Both the position numbers and the translations under genes were made by a program. Shown here one piece after another: positions 24,729 through 32,000 of a stretch of 32,000 nt of DNA. The notes under the pieces were generated by a model. It saw only the letters and a program-made list of their open reading frames with translations, was not told the DNA's origin and searched no databases. Origin of the DNA: Pyrobaculum aerophilum str. IM2. Lineage in GTDB: Archaea > Thermoproteota > Thermoprotei > Thermoproteales > Thermoproteaceae. The stretch covers positions 1,140,001-1,172,000 of the forward strand of contig NC_003364.1 of the NCBI RefSeq assembly GCF_000007225.1, given 5' to 3'. Numbering within the stretch: position 1 is the stretch's first letter; each line of letters begins with the position of its first letter.

Positions 24729-25890
24729 TTGGCGGCACTAGTGGCATTTCTTCAAGCCGCGAGGATTGTAGTGGGCTATGTCGATTCCCCTCCCACGGAA
24801 GCTTTAAAAGAGTTAAATAAAACAGGCGATATTAAAATAATAAAACATTTAAAAGAAATCAAGGCAATTGTATTAAACATTCCCGATAATAAAACAGAGA
24901 AACTTAAGGAAAAGTTAAAAGGAGTTAGATATATAGAGGAAGACGGCGTTGCGTATGCGTTTGGTTTTTCTAATTATACCGATGTACAGTGGAATGTAAA
25001 AATGATAAACGCCCCGCGCGTCTGGGACGCCTATTTTCTCACATTTGGCGACGCCGCATTTGGCTATGGAGTTAAAGTGGCGGTGCTCGACACAGGCATT
25101 GACTACAAGCACCCGGAGCTATCCGGCAAGGTGGTTTATTGTATTAACACTCTCGGCAACACTCTCTACAAGGGGACAAATTTAAGGAAGTGCGCCGACA
25201 GAAAATGGCCACGGCACGCATGTAGCTGGGATAATAGCCGCTTCGTTGAATAACGTGAGCGCAGCCGGCGTTGTGCCTAAGGTGCAGTTAATAGCAGTTA
25301 AGGTCTTATACGACAGCGGCTCCGGGTACTATAGCGATATTGCCGAGGGGATAATAGAGGCAGTTAAAGCAGGGGCTTTAATTCTATCAATGTCCCTAGG
25401 AGGCCCCACAGACGCCTCTGTGTTGAGAGACGCCTCGTATTGGGCCTATCAACAAGGCGCTGTTCAGATAGCCGCCGCTGGTAATTCAGGCGATGGCGAT
25501 CCCTTGACAAACAACGTGGGGTATCCCGCCAAGTATAGCTGTGTAATAGCAGCGGCGGCGGTAGATCAAAACGGCTCCGTCCCCACGTGGAGTAGCGACG
25601 GGCCAGAGGTGGACACCGCGGCGCCAGGGGTAAACATATTGTCCACATATCCCGGCGGCAGATACGCGTATATGTCCGGCACATCTATGGCGACGCCTCA
25701 CGTGACTGGCGTAGCGGCCTTAATACAAGCGTTGAGACTCGCCTCAGGCAAGAGGTTGCTAACCCCAGACGAGGTTTATCAAGTAATTACCTCTACGGCT
25801 AAGGATATCGGCCCGCCCGGTTTTGACGTCTTTTCGGGCTACGGCTTAGTTGACGCATACGCCGCAGTTGTGGCCGCGCTAAGTCGCTAA
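24729..25890 (+). pseudogene. Subtilisin-family (aerolysin/pyrolysin-like) serine protease split by a +1 frameshift in an A4 run
   Basis: The catalytic Asp (VAVLDTGID) is in the frame of 24729-25253. The His motif NGHGTHVAGIIAA begins at 25204 in the next frame, and the Ser motif GTSMATPHVTG is in the 25246-25890 frame. The frames switch at gacagAAAAtggc (A-run at 25202-25205). Confidence 0.85.
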
Positions 25891-25918
25891 CTTTTTATAT
25901 AGAATTCAAATTGAGTAT

Positions 25919-27166
25919 ATGCCCACGTGGACTGAGTACATACTCTATAAAAAATTGGGGAAAACTCCGTCGCCAGGTGACGTCGTTGAAATAGTTCCAG
26001 ATCTCGTCGGCTTTCACGACTTGACGGGGTACCACGTCCTTGAGGTGTTGGAAAGCATGGGCAAAGTGGAGGTGTTTGACAGGGAGAGAGTCGTTGTTGC
26101 GTTTGATCACTTGTCCCCGCCCCCAAATCAGAGAGCCGCTGAGATAATGGTGTACATAAGGCGTCATGTCAAGGCTCTGGGCCTTCCTAATTTCTACGAC
26201 GTAGGCGGCGGCATTTTGCACCAGATTATCCTGGAGAAATACGCCTTGCCGGGCCAAGTGATCTTCGCCGCGGATAGCCACACAAACACCGCGGGCGCAG
26301 TTGGCGCCTTTGCCCACGGCATGGGCGCCACTGATATAGCCGCAGCGTTAAAACTGGGAAAGACGTGGATTGTCGTCCCGGCGCCATTTAGAATAGACGT
26401 AGTGGGGGAGTTCCCAATAGGAGTGATGGGCAAAGACGTCGCCTTACACCTCCTCGGACAGTTCGGCGCTGAGGGCTTCAACGGCTACTCAGTCGAGGTT
26501 TTCGTAGAGACGCCTAAGGCGTTTCCCATGGACGACAGGGCAACTGTGGCCAATATGTCAACTGAAATGGGAGCCGACGCCTTGATGTTCATTCCCGACG
26601 TCATAACGGCGGAGTATTTAAAGACGGAGCGCGGAGTTGATTACACGCCGCCAAGAATAGAGCCTGGGAACTACGCCGATAAATACACCGTAGAGCTGCC
26701 AAGACTAGAGCCCCTCGTGGCGGCGCCTTACAGCGTGGACAATATAAAATCTGTAAGGGAGGTAGAAGGCGTTGAGGTAGACCAGGTATTTATTGGCAGC
26801 TGTACTAACGGCAGGCTCAGCGATATCGCAGTGGCGGCTAAAATACTGAAGGGGAGGCGGGTTAAGAGCAGATGTATAGCGATTCCGGCTAGTTACGAGG
26901 TATTTAGAAGGGCTATGAAATTAGGCTATATAGACGTGTTGACCGAGGCGGGGTGTGTAGTGACCTATGGAACATGTGGGCCGTGTCTCGGAGGCCATTT
27001 CGGCGTCGCGGGGCCGGGCGAGGTGGTGGTGACAACTAGCAATAGGAATTTCAGGGGGAGAGTGGGCCACCCAGACGCAAAAATATACTTGGCAAACCCA
27101 GCCGTGGCTGCGGCTACTGCCGCCGAGGGAAAAATCGCGGATCCTCGCCCATACCTCCGCGGGTAG
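25919..27166 (+). CDS. Aconitase-family dehydratase large subunit (3-isopropylmalate / homoaconitate dehydratase, LeuC/HacA)
   Basis: The 415-aa product has Fe-S ligand regions [12 protein letters not shown] and [10 protein letters not shown], plus an ADSHT motif. Confidence 0.9.
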   Translation: MPTWTEYILYKKLGKTPSPGDVVEIVPDLVGFHDLTGYHVLEVLESMGKVEVFDRERVVVAFDHLSPPPNQRAAEIMVYIRRHVKALGLPNFYDVGGGILHQIILEKYALPGQVIFAADSHTNTAGAVGAFAHGMGATDIAAALKLGKTWIVVPAPFRIDVVGEFPIGVMGKDVALHLLGQFGAEGFNGYSVEVFVETPKAFPMDDRATVANMSTEMGADALMFIPDVITAEYLKTERGVDYTPPRIEPGNYADKYTVELPRLEPLVAAPYSVDNIKSVREVEGVEVDQVFIGSCTNGRLSDIAVAAKILKGRRVKSRCIAIPASYEVFRRAMKLGYIDVLTEAGCVVTYGTCGPCLGGHFGVAGPGEVVVTTSNRNFRGRVGHPDAKIYLANPAVAAATAAEGKIADPRPYLRG

Positions 27167-27175
27167 CTTAAGTAA

Positions 27176-28093
27176 TTATTTTAAGAGGTAGGCCAGCACC
27201 GCCTTGGCAGTGTGCATTCTATTCTCAGCTTGGTCCCACACTGCTGATTGAGGGCCGTCAATTACATCATCAGTGACTTCTTCGCCGCGGTGCGCGGGCA
27301 GACAGTGTAGAAACACCGCCTTCTTGCCCGCAATTTCCATTACCCTCTGGTTGACTTGATAGGGCTTTAATAACCTGCGCCTCTCCTCGGCCTCTTTTTC
27401 AAAGCCCATAGATACCCACACGTCGGTGTACACGCCGTCTACTCCAGCTACTTCGTTTATGGAATCTGTGAAATATATGCGGGCCCCCGTTTTGGCCGCG
27501 TCCTCGGCCAGCTCATCCACTAGCCGTTGATTCCACAGCTGTTTCGGGCCTACTAGCCTCACCTCCCAGCCCAGCTTGGCGCCGATAATAGCTAAGCTAG
27601 TGGCTACGTTATTTGAGACGTCGCCAACAAAGGCAATTTTTACGTTGTGGAGCCTCCCGGCGCGTTCCCATAAAGTCAATGCGTCGGCCAGCGCTTGAAG
27701 CGGGTGGTGTTTATCAGAGAGCGCGTTTATCACCGGAATCGCGCTGTGCCGCGCCATTTCCTCCAACGTCTCGTGTTTATAAACCCTCGCTGCCACGGCG
27801 GCGGCATAGCGGGAAATAACTCTCATAGTATCGGCCACGGTCTCGCCCCTGGCGATTTGGAGCTCGTTTGGCGTAGTGTACACAGCTTGTATGCCTAACT
27901 GCGCCGCGGCTGAGGTTAGAGAAAGCCTTGTCCTCGTGCTGTGTTTTTCAAAATAAAGGATTAGGACCCTCCCGGGGAAGAGGGGGGTGTATATCTCTCC
28001 CGCGAGAAATCTAGTCTTGAACTCTCTTGACACGCGCAGGAGATATTCAACCTCATGTGGGGCAAACTCCATTAGAGTTAACAAATGTTTCAT
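27176..28093 (-). CDS. argF: Ornithine carbamoyltransferase
   Basis: Motifs: STRTR, HPLQALAD, DVWVSMG and HCLPA. Confidence 0.9.
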   Translation of the reverse strand: MKHLLTLMEFAPHEVEYLLRVSREFKTRFLAGEIYTPLFPGRVLILYFEKHSTRTRLSLTSAAAQLGIQAVYTTPNELQIARGETVADTMRVISRYAAAVAARVYKHETLEEMARHSAIPVINALSDKHHPLQALADALTLWERAGRLHNVKIAFVGDVSNNVATSLAIIGAKLGWEVRLVGPKQLWNQRLVDELAEDAAKTGARIYFTDSINEVAGVDGVYTDVWVSMGFEKEAEERRRLLKPYQVNQRVMEIAGKKAVFLHCLPAHRGEEVTDDVIDGPQSAVWDQAENRMHTAKAVLAYLLK

Positions 28094-28138
28094 AATGAGG
28101 GATTAATTTCTGTATTAAAAAATGTCGCTAACGGCGGA

Positions 28139-29544
28139 TTAGTGGTTAGTCGGCAATTCTTTCAATACTATACTTGTCAACGTGGAGGCTACGCCTTTTA
28201 TTTCCCTGATGTTCTCAATAACTCTGTTAAGCTCCTCTGTGTTTTCGGCGATTATTTTAACCACAATGTCGTAGTCGCCGGTGATTTCTGAAACAGATAC
28301 TACGTTTTTCAACGTGGCCACTCTCCTCGCCACAGAAGTGGTGTATACATTATTGGCGACTTTTAGCCATACATACGCCTCTATGTGTCTATTGACAATT
28401 GCCTTGAACTTCATATTACTTACCTTTTCTAAAATCTCAAGAAGATCTTCATCCCTCAGCCTCGGCAGATTAATCCTCTTCACTTCTTCCACTACTTTCT
28501 CCACGACGTCTTGAGGCACTGATATGCCTAATTTCTCTAGGCGGTGTTGTATTGCCTTTCTGCCGCTGTATTTATCCAAGGAGAAATCCCTATTCCTGCC
28601 GACAGTCTCAGGCGGAATTGGCTCGTAAGTCTCCGGGTTAGACAAAACGCCGGCTTGATGGACGCCGGCCTTGTGAGTAAAGGCGTTTTCCCCCACAATG
28701 GGGAAAGTCGGCATTATAGTAATCCCAGTGGCGGCCTCTACCATTGCAGTAATCTCCGGCAACTTTTCCAGCTTTATTAACTTCACCCCGTAGTGGTAAT
28801 AATACGCGGCGGCGAAGACTTGTAACGGCGTTATTCCCGCCCTTTCTCCCAGGCCGTTTACTGTGGTGTGGACTACATCGGCGCCGCCCTCCACAGCTGC
28901 TAGGCTGTTAGCCACGGCCATGCCGAAGTCATTATGGGCGTGTATGTCAAGGCCGACGCCAGGCACGGCGGCTTTGACCTTGGAGAAGACCTCCCTGGCT
29001 CTTTCGGGAGTGAAGACGCCGACTGTGTCGGCAATACTCACCCTATCAGCCCCGGCCTCATATGCCGTCTTGACCACTTGGATTAAATAGTCCAAATCGG
29101 CTCTTGAGCCGTCCTCAGCAGTAAACCTCACAGAGACTCCGTGGGATTTTGCTAAAGACACCATCTCTGCTATTATTTGCAACGCCTCTTCCCTTGTCTT
29201 TTTATGTTTATACTTTAAGTGCAAGTCGCTGACGCCGTAAAATACGGCAATTCGGTCGGGCTCAAGAGAGGCGGCGTTTTCTAGGTCTTGTCTCACTGCC
29301 CTGCTGTGAACAACTATTTCGCTCTTAATGTCGCCGTTTTTCTTAAGCGCAATTATTTTCTTTATGGCAGACTTAATATCGGGGGCGACGTTTGGATCTC
29401 CCGCTTCAATCATCGCAACGCCTATGTCTGAGAGGGCTTTGGCTATTCTAATACGCCATTCTTCAGAGAACACCACGCCTGGAGTTTGCTCGCCTTCTCG
29501 CAGGGTGGAGTCTAGTATCTTAACCCGTCTTTCCCCTGGCGCAT
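28139..29544 (-). CDS. Homocitrate / 2-isopropylmalate synthase family enzyme with a C-terminal Lrp/AsnC-type RAM domain. The 5' end needs a 1-nt frame correction
   Basis: The DRE-TIM core includes HAHNDFGMAVANSLAAVEGGA. The C-terminal ~80 aa are RAM-like (EAYVWLKV...ITGDYDIVVKIIAENTEELNRVIENIREIKGV). The catalytic VKILDSTLREGEQTPG is encoded upstream of the track's GTG start (29476), in-frame but with no start codon. An ATG at 29544 lies in the neighbouring frame. Confidence 0.85.
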
Positions 29545-29560
29545 ACCAACGGGTTACAAG

Positions 29561-29572
29561 CTATTTAAAAGC
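29561..29572 (-). promoter_or_regulatory. TATA box of the synthase gene (reverse strand ttttaaatag)
   Basis: It lies about 20-27 nt upstream of the reverse-strand ATG at 29544. This supports that ATG as the leaderless start. Confidence 0.5.
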
Positions 29573-29630
29573 CTTCTCTCTATATATAGCATATATATGA
29601 AAACTTAATTTATTCCTCTCGGGCTTTACT

Positions 29631-31418
29631 GTGCCGGTTTGGTGGTGTGAAGATCTAAACTTGCCGGTGCTGGAGCCCAGATCGGTTGCAGGGAAGTGCA
29701 GTGTTTTCACAGAGGTCAGGTTGACTCAGCCGGCGGATCCGAGGCCCGCGTTTCCGGCGGATATCGCCGTGATAAGAGAGGCCGTTGTCAACGAGCTCGG
29801 AGATAAGACGTTAGCGGAGTTGCTAATCCCTGAGGGAGAGGTGGTGTTGTTAAACAAAATACCGGGCTACGCCGATCAAGCCGATGAAGTTGTTGTGAGA
29901 GGACGCCTGATTGGCCACAGGTTTTACGACGTCTTGGAGAGGCGGTGGCGGTTTAGGCCGCTGTATGAGGGGGTGGCCACTATATTGTGGTCCAGACGCG
30001 GGCGCTGGGCTGTTGTTAATATGGAGGAGCTCCCGGAGAATTACGACGTGCATCCAGATAAGGTGCTGGAGGGCAATTTGCCTGAGGAGAAATACCGGCA
30101 TATAGCTGTGGCCACTGTAAACGGTAAATTCCACGGAGTGGCAAAGCTTTTCAGAGGGCGTAGGCTCCACATAGTCAAGTCTTGGCGCGCTAAACAGCCG
30201 TTGCCCCCGGGCAAGCCCTCTACCCTCGTAGAGGCGGCTGAGTTGAATAAAGACTACATAGAGGCTAAGGCGAAGGAGGCCGTGGAGTTTATAAAGTCGG
30301 TCGTGGAGAAGTATAAAAAGCCGGTGGTGGTCTCCTATTCGGGGGGAAAGGACAGCCTCGTTGCGCTGGATTTAACCGCTAGAAGCGGGGCGAAGTTCTA
30401 CATATTTTTTAACGACACAGGGCTCGAGCCCCCGGAGACTTATGAGAATTTAAAAATAGTTGAGGAGATGTATAGAGCCGAGGTTTTAATCGGCTCTGCC
30501 GGCTCCCGCTTCTGGGAGTCCATGGAGAAATTCGGCCCTCCTGCCAGGGATTACAGGTGGTGTTGTAAAGTAATAAAACTGGGCCCAACTACAGAAGTCC
30601 TCAAGGCGAGATTCCCAGAGGGATATATCAGCATAGTGGGGCAGAGAGGCGCCGAGTCTTTCCAAAGGGCTAAGTTGCCGAGGGTCTCCCCCAGCAAGTG
30701 GGTCGCCGGATCTATTGTCGCCGCCCCGTTGCAAGAGTGGACAGCCTTAGAGGTCTGGCTGTATATCTTCCTCCACCGCCTGCCGTATAATAAGGCATAT
30801 GAGAGGGGGTTTGACAGATTGGGGTGCGTGGTTTGTCCAGCTAATGAGCTCGCCGAGCTGGAGCTAGTTAGCCGTAGCTATCCCGAGATATATAACAAAA
30901 TGGCAGAGGCCTTGAGGGAACACTTCAGCGAAGAGGAGGTGAAAATGGGCCTTTGGAGGTGGCGGGGAAGAATCCCCGGGGATTTGGCTAGGTGGGTAAA
31001 AAAAGACACAGGGTCGCCGCCACCGGTTAGAATTAAGACACAAGAGCGGGGGCTCGTGGTGGAGATGGACAGAGAACCCAATGAGACCACGCTGAAAGAG
31101 CTGTTGAAAATGGTGGGGCGGGTTGAAGGAGAGACTGTGGCGACTAAAAGGGGAGTGGTTAAACTCGTGCGCAACGGCAATCAGTGGTTTATTAATGCCG
31201 GGGATAGAAAAACTGCTCTTGACGTCGCAGGGCTTTTAGTAAGGTCGGCTATATGCGGCGATTGCGACCTATGCGTGCAGTGGTGTCCAACCGGCGCGTT
31301 GAAGAGGACTGGGCCTGGGCGTTCCTTTGCAGTAGACGAGGGGAGGTGTATAGGCTGTCTGTTATGTAGTGCGGCGTGTCCAGCGGCGCAGTACTTAGTG
31401 TATAGAAATGAGGCCTAG
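29631..31418 (+). CDS. PAPS-reductase/PP-loop family protein with an N-terminal extension and a C-terminal 2x[4Fe-4S] ferredoxin domain
   Basis: PP-loop: VVVSYSGGKDSLVALDL. The C-terminus has CGDCDLCVQWCP and CIGCLLCSAACP. The start is GTG, with a TATA-like aacttaatttatt about 25 nt upstream. Confidence 0.8.
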   Translation: MPVWWCEDLNLPVLEPRSVAGKCSVFTEVRLTQPADPRPAFPADIAVIREAVVNELGDKTLAELLIPEGEVVLLNKIPGYADQADEVVVRGRLIGHRFYDVLERRWRFRPLYEGVATILWSRRGRWAVVNMEELPENYDVHPDKVLEGNLPEEKYRHIAVATVNGKFHGVAKLFRGRRLHIVKSWRAKQPLPPGKPSTLVEAAELNKDYIEAKAKEAVEFIKSVVEKYKKPVVVSYSGGKDSLVALDLTARSGAKFYIFFNDTGLEPPETYENLKIVEEMYRAEVLIGSAGSRFWESMEKFGPPARDYRWCCKVIKLGPTTEVLKARFPEGYISIVGQRGAESFQRAKLPRVSPSKWVAGSIVAAPLQEWTALEVWLYIFLHRLPYNKAYERGFDRLGCVVCPANELAELELVSRSYPEIYNKMAEALREHFSEEEVKMGLWRWRGRIPGDLARWVKKDTGSPPPVRIKTQERGLVVEMDREPNETTLKELLKMVGRVEGETVATKRGVVKLVRNGNQWFINAGDRKTALDVAGLLVRSAICGDCDLCVQWCPTGALKRTGPGRSFAVDEGRCIGCLLCSAACPAAQYLVYRNEA

Positions 31419-31875
31419 GATAACAGTTGTCGCGCCCAGCCGTATTAAGCCTCTGGAAATACCTGAATTTACGACTATATGGCAATTTAAAGACATCGAC
31501 ATATCTCATTTTCTAGATCTTGCGAGAGGGCAGTGCAGAGCTGATAAAGTAGTAGAGGCTTTATCAAACGGCGTAAAAAGCCCTACTGTCTACGTGCTAG
31601 ACTGCGACGGGTATTACCCGGGGCTTAACTTCGTGTTCGGCCTCGCCGTTCCAGTATTAAAAACGGCGGTAGTCTTTACGGCAAGGCTAGTAGGGCCTAG
31701 GTTTGAGGAGAGGCTAGTCAAGGAGATTACTCACGAGGCAGGCCACCTTTACGGCCTTGCCCACTGTGCCAATCCCTCGTGCGTAATGTATTTCAGCAAT
31801 TCGCTGTTAGATACCGACCGCAAATCTCCTTATTTCTGTCCCAAATGCAGGGAGAATTTAGCGAGAATTCTTTAA
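31408..31875 (+). CDS. amzA: Archaemetzincin (zinc metalloprotease)
   Basis: It has the signature HEAGHLYGLAHCANPSCVMYF...FCPKC (HExxHxxGxxHC...CxxC). It overlaps the upstream gene by 11 nt. Confidence 0.9.
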   Translation: MRPRITVVAPSRIKPLEIPEFTTIWQFKDIDISHFLDLARGQCRADKVVEALSNGVKSPTVYVLDCDGYYPGLNFVFGLAVPVLKTAVVFTARLVGPRFEERLVKEITHEAGHLYGLAHCANPSCVMYFSNSLLDTDRKSPYFCPKCRENLARIL

Positions 31876-32000
31876 GTAGTTTAAAAGGCCTCCCGCTTTT
31901 AAAATCTCCAGCGGCAGCCCCCTTAGTGGCTTCCCCACTATGACCTCCCCGGTGGTAATGTTCCTGACAATTCCGCCCTCTACGTCCAGCTCTACCTCGT
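31858..32000 (-). CDS. Aconitase-family dehydratase small subunit (LeuD/HacB), C-terminal end only; the 5' part lies beyond the right edge
   Basis: It is missing from the ORF track because there is no start in the window. The reverse strand reads EVELDVEGGIVRNITTGEVIVGKPLRGLPLEILKAGGLLNYLKNSR*, with the stop at 31858-31860. This is a typical small-subunit C-terminus. Confidence 0.7.
   Translation of the reverse strand, partial: EVELDVEGGIVRNITTGEVIVGKPLRGLPLEILKAGGLLNYLKNSR

Noticed and set aside
1-32000. CRISPR arrays, rRNA or tRNA genes, and IS elements or transposases
   Set aside because: No regularly spaced direct repeats, no T-loop or acceptor-type sequences, and no transposase- or integrase-like ORFs were seen on either strand.

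Overview
This window is chromosomal DNA from a GC-rich hyperthermophilic crenarchaeon, probably Thermoproteales or Pyrobaculum-like. The organism call is an inference from three things: a PaREP1/HEPN-like gene remnant, an aerolysin-type subtilase, and TATA boxes sitting about 25 nt upstream of start codons, which implies leaderless mRNAs.

Housekeeping content:
- a coxM-S-L-type molybdoenzyme operon (1-2984)
- scattered aromatic amino-acid genes: tyrA, an aroD-chorismate mutase fusion, an aminotransferase and an archaeal GHMP-type shikimate kinase
- a GH31 alpha-glucosidase
- rpl3-rpl4-rpl23
- csl4
- rpoL-nep1
- a lysine/leucine/arginine block: an aconitase-family large subunit, argF, a homocitrate/isopropylmalate synthase with a C-terminal RAM domain, and a partial small dehydratase subunit at the right edge
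- a PAPS-reductase-like Fe-S protein and archaemetzincin

The most unusual part is an all-minus-strand accessory block (3859-11329). It holds two paralogous, translationally coupled operons for secreted or membrane proteins that share private sequence motifs. One operon is led by a membrane-tethered winged-helix regulator. A 17/18-nt identical promoter-proximal element precedes both operons. An MNT-HepT toxin-antitoxin pair sits between them, and a Ras-like small GTPase is transcribed divergently from the right-hand operon.

Several genes carry apparent lesions: an in-frame stop in HepT, a homopolymer frameshift in the subtilase, a homopolymer frameshift at the 5' end of the synthase, and a decayed PaREP1-like gene. 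A ~715-bp AT-richer stretch with no credible ORF follows rpl23. I found no tRNA, rRNA, CRISPR array or transposase.
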